Positions 14,601 through 29,600 of a stretch of DNA of 64,000 nt are shown piece by piece. The position numbers were made by a program, and so were the translations under genes. This stretch comes from Stegostoma tigrinum (Eukaryota). Below the pieces are notes generated by a model. That model did no database searches and was not told the DNA's origin. It saw only the letters and a program-made list of their open reading frames with translations. The stretch spans positions 97,711,323-97,775,322 of the forward strand of contig NC_081362.1 of NCBI RefSeq assembly GCF_030684315.1, written 5' to 3'. Positions within the stretch are counted from its first letter, which is position 1. Every line of letters starts with the position of its first letter.

Positions 14601-17600
14601 CCCCAACACACCGCAACGTCACTGCTTCCCAACTCACCGCAACATAACTGCTCCCCAACACACCGCAACATCACTGCTCCCCAACTCACCGCAACATCAC
14701 AGCTCCCCAACTCACCGCAACATCACTGCTCCCCAACTCACCGCAACATCACTGCTCCCCAACTCACCGCAACATCACAGCTCCCCAACTCACCGTAACA
14801 TCACTGCTCCCCAACTCACCGCAACATCACTGCTCCCCAACACACCGCAACATCACTGCTCCCCAACTCACCGCAACATCACAGCTCCCCAACTCACCGC
14901 AACATAACTGCTCCCCAACACACCGCAACGTCACCATTTCCCAACTCACCGCAACATAACTGCTCCCCAACACACCGCAACATCACTGCTCCCCAACTCA
15001 CCGCAACATCACAGCTCCCCAACTCACCGCAACATAACTGCTCCCCAACACACCGCAACGTCACCATTTCCCAACTCACCGCAACATCACTGCTCCCCAA
15101 CACACCGTAACATCACTGCTCCCCAACTCACCGCAACATCACTGCTCCCCAACTCACCGCAACATCACTGCTCCCCAACTCACCGCAACATCACTGCTCC
15201 CCAACACACCGTAACATCACTGCTCCCCAACTCACCGCAACATCACTGCTCCCCAACTCACCGCAACATCACTGCTCCCCAACACACCGCAACATCACTG
15301 CTCCCCAACTCACCGCAACATCACTGCTCCCCAACTCACCGCAACATCACTGCTCCCCAACTCACAGCAACATCACTGCTCCCCAACTCACCGTAACATC
15401 ACTGCTCCCCAACTCACAGCAACATCACTGCTCCCCAACTCACCGTAACATCACTGCTCCCCAACTCACAGCAACATCACTGCTCCCCAACTCACCGTAA
15501 CATCACTGCTCCCCAACTCACAGCAACATCACTGCTCCCCAACTCACCGCAACATCACTGCTCCCCAACTCACCGTAACATCACTGCTCCCCAACTCACC
15601 GCAACATCACTGCTCCCCAACACACCGCAACATCACTGCTCCCCAACTCACCGCAACATCACTGCTCCCCAACACACCGCAACATCACTGCTCCCCAACA
15701 CACCGCAACATCACGGCTCCCCAACTCACCGCAACATCACTGCTCCCCAACACACCGCAACATCACTGCTCCCCAACTCACCGCAACGTCACTGCTCCCC
15801 AACTCACAGCAACATCACTGCTCCCCAACTCACCGTAACATCACTGCTCCCCAACTCACCGCAACATCACTGCTCCCCAACACACCGTAACGTCACTGCT
15901 CCCCAACTCACCGTAACATCACTGCTCCCCAACTCACCGCAACATCACTGCTCCCCAACACACCGCAACATCACTGCTCCCCAACACACCGCAACATCAC
16001 TGCTCCCCAACTCACCGCAACATCACTGCTCCCCAACTCACCGCAACATCACTGCTCCCCAACTCACCGCAACATCACTGCTCCCCAACTCACCGCAACA
16101 TCACTGCTCCCCAACTCACCGCAACATCACTGCTCCCCAACACACCGCAACATCACTGCTCCCCAACACACCGCAAAATCACTGCTCCCCAAAACACCGC
16201 AACGTCACTGCTCCCCAACTCACCGCAACATCACTGCTCCCCAACTCACCGCAACATCACTGCTCCCCAACTCACCGCAACATCACTGCTCCCCAACTCA
16301 CCGCAACATCACTGCTCCCCAACACACCGCAAAATCACTGCTCCCCAAAACACCGCAACATCACAGCTCCCCAACTCACCGCAACATCACAGCTCCCCAA
16401 CTCACCGCAACATCACAGCTCCCCAACTCACCGCAACATAACTGCTCCCCAACACACCGCAACATCACAGCTCCCCAACTCACCGCAACATCACAGCTCC
16501 CCAACTCACCGCAACATAACTGCTCCCCAACACACCGCAACATCACAGCTCCCCAACTCACCGCAACATCACTGCTCCCCAACTCACCGCAACATCACTG
16601 CTCCCCAACACACCGTAACATCACTGCTCCCCAACTCACCGTAACATCACCGCTCCCCAACTCACCGCAACATCACTGCTCCCCAACACACCGCAACATC
16701 ACTGCTCCCCAACACACCGCAACGTCACTGCTTCCCAACTCACAGCAACATCACTGCTCCCCAACTCACCGCAACATCACTGCTCCCCAACTCACCGCAA
16801 CATCACTGCTCCCCAACTCACCGCAACATCACTGCTCCGCAACTCACCGCAACATCACTGCTTCCCAACTCACCGCAACATCACTGCTCCCCAACTCACC
16901 GCAACATCACTGCTTCCCAACTCACCGCAACATCACTGCTCCCCAACACACAGCAACATCACTGCTCCCCAACTCACGGTAACATCACTGCTCCCCAACT
17001 CACTGCAACATCACTGCTCCCCAACTCACCGCAACATCACTGCTCCCCAACACACCGCAACATCACTGCTCCCCAACTCACCGCAACATCACTGCTTCCC
17101 AACTCACCGCAACATCACTGCTCCCCAACTCACCGCAACATCACTGCTCCCCAACTCACCGCAACATCACTGCTCCCCAACTCACCGCAACATCACTGCT
17201 TCCCAACTCACAGCAACATCACTGCTCCCCAACTCACCGCAACATCACTGCTCCCCAACACACCGCAACATCACTGCTCCCCAACTCACCGCAACATCAC
17301 TGCTCCCCAACACACCGCAACATCACTGCTCCCCAACTCACCGCAACATCACTGCTCCCCAACACACAGCAACATCACTGCTCCCCAACTCACCGCAACA
17401 TCACTGCTCCCCAACACACCGTAACATCACTGCTCCCCAACTCACCGCAACATCACTGCTCCCCAACTCACCGCAACATCACTGCTCCCCAACTCACCGC
17501 AACGTCACTGCTCCCCAACTCACCGCAACATCACTGCTCCCCGACACACCGTAACATCACTGCTCCCCAACTCACCGCAACATCACTGCTCCCCAACTCA

Positions 17601-20600
17601 CCGCAACGTCACTGCTCCCCAACACACCGTAACATCACTGCTCCCCAACTCACCGCAACATCACTGCTCCCCAACTCACCGCAACATCACTGCTTCCCAA
17701 CACACCGCAACATCACTGCTCCCCAACTCACCGCAACATCACTGCTCCCCAACTCACCGCAACATCACTGCTCCCCAACTCACCGCAACGTCACTGCTCC
17801 CCAACACACAGCAACATCACTGCTCCCCAACTCACCGCAACATCACTGCTCCCCAACTCACCGCAACATCACTGCTCCCCAACTCACCGTAACATCACTG
17901 CTCCCCAACTCACCCAACATCACTGCTCCCCAACTCACCGCAACATCACTGCTCCCCAACTCACCGCAACATCACTGCTCCCCAACACACCGCAACATCA
18001 CAGCTCCCCAACTCACCGCAACGTCACTGCTCCCCAACTCACCGCAACATCACTGCTCCCCAACACACCGCAACATCACTGCTCCCCAACTCACCGCAAC
18101 ATCACAGCTCCCCAACTCACCGCAACGTCACTGCTCCCCAACTCACCGCAACATCACAGCTCCCCAACTCACCGCAACGTCACTGCTCCCCAACTCACCG
18201 CAACGTCACTGCTCCCCAACACACCGTAACATCACTGCTCCCCAACTCACCGCAACATCACTGCTCCCCAACTCACCGCAACATCACAGCTCCCCAACTC
18301 ACCGCAACGTCACTGCTCCCCAACTCACCGCAACATCACTGCTCCCCAACACACCGCAACATCACTGCTCCCCAACTCACCGCAACATCACTGCTCCCCG
18401 ACACACCGCAACATCACTGCTCCCCAACTCACCGCAACATCACTGCTCCCCAACTCACCGCAACATCACTGCTCCCCAACACACCGCAACATCACTGCTC
18501 CCCAACTCACCGCAACATCACTGCTCCCCAACACACCGCAACATCAATGCTCCCCAACACACCGCAACATCACTGCTCCCCGACACACCGCAACATCAAT
18601 GCTCCCCAACTCACCGCAACATCACTGCTCCCCGACACACCGCAACATCAATGCTCCCCAACACACCGCAACATCACTGCTCCCCAACTCACCGCAACAT
18701 CACTGCTCCCCAACTCACCGCAACATCACTGCTCCCCAACACACCGCAACATCACTGCTCCCCAACACACCGCAACATCACTGCTTCCCAACACACCGCA
18801 ACATCACAGCTCCCCAACTCACCGCAACATCACAGCTCCCCAACTCACCGCAACATCACTGCTCCCCAACTCACCGCAACATAACTGCTCCCCAACTCAC
18901 CGCAACATCACTGCTCCCCAACTCACCGCAACATCACAGCTCCCCAACTCACCGCAACATCACTGCTCCCCAACTCACCGCAACATCACTGCTCCCCAAC
19001 TCACCGTAACATCACTGCTCCCCAACTCACCGTAACATCACTGCTCCCCAACTCACCGCAACATCACAGCTCCCCAACTCACCGCAACATAACTGCTCCC
19101 CAACTCACCGCAACATCACTGCTCCCCAACTCACCGCAACATCACAGCTCCCCAACTCACCGCAACATAACTGCTCCCCAACTCACCGCAACATCACTGC
19201 TCCCCAACACACCGCAACATCACTGCTCCCCAACTCACCGCAACATCACCGCTCCCCAACTCACCGTAACATCACTGCTCCCCAACTCACCGCAACATAA
19301 CTGCTCCCCAACTCACCGCAACATCACTGCTCCCCAACACACCGTAACATCACTGCTCCCCAACTCACCGTAACATCACTGCTCCCCAACTCACCGCAAC
19401 ATCACTGCTCCCCAACTCACCGCAACATCACTGCTCCCCAACACACCGTAACATCACTGCTCCCCAACTCACCGCAACATCACTGCTCCCCAACACACCG
19501 CAACATCACTGCTCCCCAACTCACCGCAACATCACTGCTCCCCAACACACAGCAACATCACTGCTCCCCAACACACCGCAACATCACTGCTCCCCAACTC
19601 ACCGCAACATCACTGCTCCCCAACTCACTGCAACATCACTGCTCCCCAACTCACTGCAACATCACTGCTCCCCAACTCACCGTAACATCACTGCTCCCCA
19701 ACACACCGCAACATCACTGCTCCCCAACTCACCGCAACATCACTGCTCCCCAACTCACTGTAACATCACTGCTCCCCAACACACCGCAACATCACTGCTC
19801 CCCAACTCACCGCAACATCACTGCTCCCCAACTCACCGCAACATCACTGCTCCCCAACACACCGTAACATCACTGCTCCCCAACTCACTGTAACATCACT
19901 GCTCCCCAACTCACCGTAACATCACTGCTCCCCAACTCACCGCAACATCACTGCTCCCCAACACACCGTAACATCACTGCTCCCCAACTCACTGCAACAT
20001 CACTGCTCCCCAACTCACTGTAACATCACTGCTCCCCAACTCACCGTAACATCACTGCTCCCCAACACACCGCAACATCACTGCTCCCCAACACACCGCA
20101 ACATCACTGCTCCCCAACACACCGCAACATCACTGCTCCCCAACACACCGCAACATCACTGCTCCCCAACTCACCGCAACATCACTGCTCCCCAACTCAC
20201 CGCAACATCACTGCTCCCCAACACACCGCAACATCACTGCTCCCCAACTCACCGCAACATCACTGCTCCCCAACACACCGTAACATCACTGCTCCCCAAC
20301 TCACCGCAACATCACTGCTCCCCAACTCACCGCAACATCACTGCTCCCCGACTCACCGCAACATCACTGCTCCCCAACACACCGCAACATCACCGCTCCC
20401 CATCTCACCGCAACATCACTGCTCCCCAACTCACCGCAACATCACTGCTCCCCAACTCACCGTAACATCACTGCTCCCCAACTCACCGCAACATCACTGC
20501 TCCCCAACACACCGTAACATCACTGCTCCCCAACTCACCGCAACATCACTGCTTCCCAACTCACCGCAACATCACTGCTCCCCAACTCACCGCAACATCA

Positions 20601-23600
20601 CTGCTTCCCAACTCACCGTAACATCACTGCTCCCCAACTCACCGCAACATCACTGCTCCCCAACACACAGCAACATCACTGCTCCCCAACACACCGCAAC
20701 ATCACTGCTCCCCAACTCACCGCAACATCACTGCTCCCCAACTCACCGCAACATCACTGCTCCCCAACACACCGTAACATCACTGCTCCCCAACTCACCG
20801 CAACATCACTGCTCCCCAACTCACCGCAACATCACTGCTCCCCAACACACCGCAACATCACTGCTCCCCAACTCACCGTAACATCACTGCTCCCCAACTC
20901 ACCGCAACATCACTGCTCCCCAACTCACTGCAACATCACTGATCCCCAACTCACCGCAACATCACTGCTCCCCAACACACCGCAACATCACTGCTCCCCA
21001 ACTCACCGCAACATCACTGCTCCCCAACACACCGCAACATCACTGCTCCCCAACTCACCGCAACATCACTGCTCCCCAACTCACCGCAACATCACTGCTC
21101 CCCAACTCACCGCAACATCACTGCTCCCCAACTCACCGCAACATCACTGCTCCCCAACTCACTGTAACATCACTGCTCCCCAACTCACTGCAACATCACT
21201 GATCCCCAACTCACCGCAACATCACTGCTCCCCAACACACCGTAACATCACTGCTCCCCAACACACCGCAACATCACTGCTCCCCAACACACCGCAACAT
21301 CACTGCTCCCCAACACACAGCAACATCACTGCTCCCCAACTCACCGTAACATCACTGCTCCCCAACTCACCGCAACATCACTGCTCCCCAACTCACCGCA
21401 ACATCACTGCTCCCCAACACACCGCAACATCACTGCTCCCCAACTCACCGCAACATCACTGCTCCCCAACTCACCGCAACATCACTGCTCCCCAACTCAC
21501 TGCAACATCACTGATCCCCAACTCACCGCAACATCACTGCTCCCCAACTCACCGCAACATCACTGCTCCCCAACACACCGCAACATCACTGCTCCCCAAC
21601 TCACCGCAACATCACTGCTCCCCAACTCACCGCAACATCACTGCTCCCCAACACCGCAACATCACTGCTCCCCAACTCACCGTAACATCACTGCTCCCCA
21701 ACTCACTGCAACATCACTGCTCCCCAACTCACCGCAACATCACTGCTCCCCAACACACCGTAACATCACTGCTCCCCAACTCACCGCAACATCACTGCTC
21801 CCCAACTCACCGCAACATCACTGCTCCCCAACACACCGTAACATCACTGCTCCCCAACTCACCGCAACATCACTGCTCCCCAACTCACCGTAACATCACT
21901 GCTCCCCAACTCACTGCAACATCACTGCTCCCCAACTCACCGCAACATCACTGCTCCCCAACACACCGTAACATCACTGCTCCCCAACACACCGCAACAT
22001 CACTGCTCCCCAACTCACCGCAACATCACTGCTCCCCAACTCACCGTAACATCACTGCTCCCCAACTCACTGCAACATCACTGCTCCCCAACTCACCGCA
22101 ACATCACTGCTCCCCAACACACCGTAACATCACTGCTCCCCAACACACCGTAACATCACTGCTCCCCAACTCACCGCAACGTCACTGCTCCCCAACTCAG
22201 CGCAACATCACTGCTCCCCAACTCACCGCAACATCACTGCTCCCCAACTCACCGCAACATCACTGCTCCCCAACTCACCGCAACATCACTGCTCCCCAAC
22301 ACCGCAACATCACTGCTCCCCAACACACCGCAACATCACTGCTCCCCAACTCAGCGCAACATCACTGCTCCCCAACTCACAGCAACATCACTGCTCCCCA
22401 ACACCGCAACATCACTGCTCCCCAACTCACCGCAACATCACTGCTCCCCAACACACCGCAACATCACTGCTCCCCAACTCAGCGCAACATCACTGCTCCC
22501 CAACTCACAGCAACATCACTGCTCCCCAACTCACCGCAACATCACTGCTCCCCAACACACCGCAACATCACTGCTCCCCAACTCAGCGCAACATCACTGC
22601 TCCCCAACTCACAGCAACATCACTGCTCCCCAACTCACTGCAACATCACTGCTCCCCAACACACCGCAACATCACTGCTCCCCAACACACCGTAACATCA
22701 CTGCTCCCCAACTCACCGCAACATCACTGCTCCCCAACTCACTGTAACATCACTGCTCCCCAACTCACCGTAACATCACTGCTCCCCAACACACCGTAAC
22801 ATCACTGCTCCCCAACTCACCGCAACATCACTGCTCCCCAACTCACTGCAACATCACTGCTCCCCAACTCACCGCAACATCACTGCTCCCCAACTCACCG
22901 CAACATCACTGCTCCCCAACTCACCGCAACATCACTGCTCCCCAACACACCGTAACATCACTGCTTCCCAACTCACCGCAACATCACTGCTCCCCAACTC
23001 ACCGCAACATCACTGCTCCCCAACTCACCGCAACATCACTGCTCCCCAACTCACCGTAACATCACTGCTTCCCAACTCACTGCAACATCACTGCTCCCCA
23101 ACACACTGCAACATCACTGCTCCCCGACACACCGCAACATCACTGCTCCCCAACACACCGCAACATCACTGCTCCCCAACTCACCGCAACATCACTGCTC
23201 CCCAACTCACCGCAACATCACTGCTCCCCAACTCACCGCAACATCACTGCTCCCCAACACACCGCAACATCACTGCTCCCCAACTCACCGTAACATCACT
23301 GCTCCCCAACTCACTGTAACATCACTGCTCCCCAACTCACCGCAACATCACTGCTCCCCAACACACCGCAACATCACTGCTCCCCAACTCACCGTAACAT
23401 CACTGCTCCCCAACTCACCGCAACATCACTGCTCCCCAACTCACCGCAACGTCACTGCTCCCCAACTCACCGTAACATCACTGCTCCCCAACTCACCGCA
23501 ACATCACTGCTCCCCAACTCACCGCAACGTCACTGCTCCCCAACTCACCGTAACATCACTGCTCCCCAACACACGACAACATCACTGCTCCCCAACTCAC

Positions 23601-26600
23601 CGCAACATCACTGCTCCCCAACTCACCGTAACATCACTGCTCCCCAACTCACCGTAACATCACTGCTCCCCAACACACGACAACATCACTGCTCCCCAAC
23701 TCACCGCAACATCACTGCTCCCCAACACACCGCAACATCACTGCTCCCCAACTCACCGTAACATCACTGCTCCCCAACACACGACAACATCACTGCTCCC
23801 CAACTCACCGTAACATCACTGCTCCCCAACTCACCGTAACATCACTGCTCCCCAACACACGACAACATCACTGCTCCCCAACACACCGTAACATCACTGC
23901 TCCCCAACTCACCGCAACATCACTGCTCCCCAACTCACCGCAACATCACTGCTCCCCAACTCACCGCAACATCACTGCTCCCCAACTCACCGCAACATCA
24001 CTGCTCCCCAACTCACCGCAACATCACTGCTCCCCAACACACCGCAACATCACTGCTCCCCAACTCACCGCAACATCACTGCTCCCCAACTCACCGCAAC
24101 ATCACTGCTCCCCAACACACCGCAACATCACTGCTCCCCAACTCACCGCAACATCACTGCTCCCCAACACACCGTAACATCACTGCTCCCCAACTCACCG
24201 CAACATCACTGCTCCCCAACTCACCGCAACATCACTGCTCCCCAACTCACCGCAACATCACTGCTCCCCAACTCACCGCAACATCACTGCTCCCCAACTC
24301 ACCGCAACATCACTGCTCCCCAACTCACCGCAACATCACTGCTCCCCAACACACCGCAACATCACTGCTCCCCAACTCACCGCAACATCACCGTTCCCCA
24401 ACACCGCAACATCACTGCTCCCCAACTCACCGTAACATCACTGCTCCCCAACTCACCGCAACGTCACTGCTCCCCAACTCACCGCAACATCACTGCTCCC
24501 CAACTCACCGCAACATCACTGCTCCCCAACTCACCGCAACATCACTGCTCCCCAAGACACCGCAACATCACTGCTCCCCAACTCACCGCAACATCACTGC
24601 TCCCCAACTCACCGCAACATCACTGCTCCCCAACTCACCGCAACATCACTGCTCCCCAACTCACCGCAACATCACTGCTCCCCAACACACCGTAACATCA
24701 CTGCTCCCCAACACACCGTAACATCACTGCTCCCCAACACACCGCAACATCACTGCTCCCCAACACACCGCAACATCACTGCTCCCCAACACACCGTAAC
24801 ATCACTGCTCCCCAACACACCGCAACATCACTGCTCCCCAACACACCGTAACATCACTGCTCCCCAACTCACCGTAACATCACTGCTCCCCAACACACTG
24901 CAGCATCACTGCTCCCCAACTCACCGTAACATCACTGCTCCCCAACTCACCGCAACATCACTGCTCCCCAACTCACCGCAACATCACTGCTCCCCAACTC
25001 ACCGCAACATCACTGCTCCCCAACACACCGCAACATCACTGCTCCCCAACTCACCGTAACATCACTGCTCCCCAACTCACCGCAACATCACTGCTCCCCA
25101 ACTCACCGTAACATCACTGCTCCCCAACTCACCGCAACATCACTGCTCCCCAACTCACCGCAACATCACTGCTCCCCAACTCACCGCAACATCACTGCTC
25201 CCCAACTCACCGCAACATCACTGCTCCCCAACACACGACAACATCACTGCTCCCCAACACACCGCAACATAACTGCTCCCCAACACACCGCAACATCACA
25301 GCTCCCCAACACACCGCAACATCACTGCTCCCCAACTCACCGTAACATCACTGCTCCCCAACTCACCGCAACATAACTGCTCCCCAACACACCGCAACGT
25401 CACTGCTTCCCAACTCACAGCAACATCACTGCTCCCCAACTCACCGCAACATCACTGCTCCCCAACTCACCGCAACATCACAGCTCCCCAACACACCGCA
25501 ACATCACAGCTCCCCAACTCACCGCAACATCACAGCTCCCCAACTCACCGCAACATCACTGCTCCCCAACTCACCGCAACATAACTGCTCCCCAACACAC
25601 CGCAACGTCACTGCTTCCCAACTCACAGCAACATCACATCTCCCCAACTCACCGCAACATAACTGCTCCCCAACACACCGTAACATCACAGCTCCCCAAC
25701 TCACCGCAACATAACTGCTCCCCAACACACCGCAACGTCACTGCTTCCCAACTCACCGCAACATCACAGCTCCCCAACTCACCGCAACATAACTGCTCCC
25801 CAACACACCGCAACATAACTGCTCCCCAACACACCGCAACATCACAGCTCCCCAACTCACCGCAACATCACAGCTCCCCAACTCACCGCAACATAACTGC
25901 TCCCCAACACACCGCAACGTCACTGCTCCCCAACACACAGCAACATCACTGCTCCCCAACTCACCGCAACATCACTGCTCCCCAACACACCGCAACATCA
26001 CTGCTGCCCAACACACTGCAACATCACTGCTTCCCAACTCACCGCAACATCACTGCTCCCCAACACACCGCAACATCACTGCTCCCCAACTCACCGCAAC
26101 ATCACTGCTCCCCAACTCACCGCAACATCACTGCTCCCCAACTCACCGCAACATCACTGCTGCCCAACACACTGCAACATCACTGCTCCCCAACTCACCG
26201 CAACATCACTGCTCCCCAACTCACCGCAACATCACTGCTCCCCAACTCACCGCAACATCACTGCTCCCCAACTCACCGCAACATCACTGCTCCCCGACAC
26301 ACCGCAACATCACTGCTCCCCAACTCACCGCAACATCACTGCTCCCCAACTCACCGCAACATCACTGCTCCCCAACACACCGCAACATCACTGCTCCCCA
26401 AAACACCGCAACATCACTGCTTCCCAACACACCGCAACATCACTGCTCCCCAACTCACCGCAACATCACTGCTCCCCAACTCACCGCAACATCACTGCTC
26501 CCCAACTCACCGCAACGTCACTGCTCCCCAACACCGCAACATCACTGCTCCCCAACTCACCGCAACATAACTGCTCCCCAACACACCGCAACGTCACTGC

Positions 26601-29600
26601 TTCCCAACTCACCGCAACATAACTGCTCCCCAACACACCGCAACATCACAGCTCCCCAACTCACCGCAACATCACTGCTCCCCAACTCACAGCAACATCA
26701 CTGCTCCCCAACACACCGTAACATCACTGCTCCCCAACACACAGCAACATCACTGCTCCCCAACTCACCGCAACATAACTGCTCCCCAACACACCGTAAC
26801 ATCACTGCTCCCCAACTCACCGCAACATCACTGCTCCCCAACTCACCGCAACATCACTGCTCCCCAACACACCGCAACATCACTGCTCCCCAACTCACCG
26901 CAACGTCACTGCTCCCCAACACACCGCAACATCACTGCTCCCCAACTCACCGCAACATCACTGCTCCCCAACTCACCGTAACATCACTGCTCCCCAACTC
27001 ACCGTAACATCACTGCTCCCCAACTCACCGCAACATAACTGCTCCCCAACACACCGCAACGTCACCATTTCCCAACTCACCGCAACATAACTGCTCCCCA
27101 ACTCACCGCAACATCACTGCTCCCCAACTCACCGCAACATCACTGCTCCCCAACTCACAGCAACATCACTGCTCCCCAACTCACCGCAACATAACTGCTC
27201 CCCAACACACCGCAACGTCACCATTTCCCAACTCACCGCAACATAACTGCTCCCCAACACACCGTAACATCACTGCTTGCCAACTCACCGCAACATCACT
27301 GCTCCCCAACACACCGCAACATCACTGCTTCCCAACTCACCGCAACATAACTGCTCCCCAACACAACGTAACATCACTGCTCCCCAACACACCGTAACAT
27401 CACTGCTCCCCAACTCACCGTAACATCACTGCTCCCCAACACACCGCAACGTCACTGCTTCCCAACTCACCGCAACATAACTGCTCCCCAACACACCGCA
27501 ACATCACTGCTCCCCAACTCACCGCAACATAACTGCTCCCCAACTCACCGCAACATCACTGCTCCCCAACTCACCGCAACATCACAGCTCCCCAACTCAC
27601 CGCAACATCACTGCTCCCCAACTCACCGCAACATCACTGCTCCCCAACTCACCGTAACATCACTGCTCCCCAACTCACCGTAACATCACTGCTCCCCAAC
27701 TCACCGCAACATCACAGCTCCCCAACACACCGCAACATCACTGCTCCCCAACTCACCGCAACATCACTGCTCCCCAACTCACCGCAACATCACTGCTCCC
27801 CAACTCACCGCAACATCACTGCTCCCCAACTCACCGCAACATAACTGCTCCCCAACTCACCGCAACATCACTGCTCCCCAACTCACCGCAACATCACAGC
27901 TCCCCAACTCACCGCAACATAACTGCTCCCCAACTCACCGCAACATCACTGCTCCCCAACACACCGCAACATCACTGCTCCCCAACTCACCGCAACATCA
28001 CCGCTCCCCAACTCACCGTAACATCACTGCTCCCCAACTCACCGCAACATAACTGCTCCCCAACTCACCGCAACATCACTGCTCCCCAACACACCGTAAC
28101 ATCACTGCTCCCCAACTCACCGTAACATCACTGCTCCCCAACTCACCGCAACATCACTGCTCCCCAACTCACCGCAACATCACTGCTCCCCAACTCACCG
28201 TAACATCACTGCTCCCCAACTCACCGCAACATCACTGCTCCCCAACTCACCGCAACATCACTGCTCCCCAACTCACCGCAACATCACTGCTCCCCAACTC
28301 ACCGCAACATCACTGCTCCCCAACTCACCGCAACATCACTGCTCCCCAACTCACCGCAACATCACTGCTCCCCAACTCACCGCAACATCACTGCTCCCCA
28401 ACACACCGTAACATCACTGCTCCCCAACTCACCGCAACATCACTGCTCCCCAACACACCGTAACATCACTGCTCCCCAACTCACCGCAACATCACTGCTC
28501 CCCAACACACCGTAACATCACTGCTCCCCAACTCACCGCAACATCACTGCTCCCCAACTCACCGCAACATCACTGCTCCCCAACACACGACAACATCACT
28601 GCTCCCCAACTCACCGCAACATCACTGCTCCCCAACACACCGCAACATCACTGCTCCCCAACTCACCGCAACATCACTGCTCCCCAACTCACCGCAACAT
28701 CACTGCTCCCCAACTCACCGCAACATCACTGCTCCCCAACTCACCGCAACATCACTGCTCCCCAACTCACCGCAACATCACTGCTCCCCAACTCACCGCA
28801 ACATCACTGCTCCCCAACACACCGCAACATCACTGCTCCCCAACTCACCGCAACATCACTGCTCCCCAACTCACCGCAACATCACTGCTCCCCAACTCAC
28901 CGCAACATCACTGCTCCCCAACTCACCGCAACATCACTGCTCCCCAACTCACCGCAACATCACTGCTCCCCAACTCACCGCAACATCACTGCTCCCCAAC
29001 TCACCGCAACATCACTGCTCCCCAACTCACCGCAACATCACTGCTCCCCAACTCACCGCAACGTCACTGCTCCCCAACTCACCGCAACATCACTGCTCCC
29101 CAACTCACCGTTACATCACTGCTCCCCAACTCACCGCAACATCACTGCTCCCCAACACACAGCAACATCACTGCTCCCCAACACACCGCAACATCACTGC
29201 TCCCCAACACACCGTAACATCACTGCTCCCCAACTCACCCAACATCACTGCTCCCCAACTCACCGCAACATCACTGCTCCCCAACTCACCGCAACATCAC
29301 TGCTCCCCAACACACAGCAACATCACTGCTCCCCAACACACCGCAACATCACTGCTCCCCAACACACCGTAACATCACTGCTCCCCAACTCACCCAACAT
29401 CACTGCTCCCCAACTCACCGCAACATCACTGCTCCCCAACTCACCGCAACATCACTGCTCCCCAACACACTGCAACATCACTGCTCCCCAACTCACCGCA
29501 ACATCACTGCTCCCCAACTCACCGCAACATCACTGCTCCCCAACACACCGCAACATCACTGCTCCCCAACTCACCGCAACATCACTGCTCCCCAACACAC

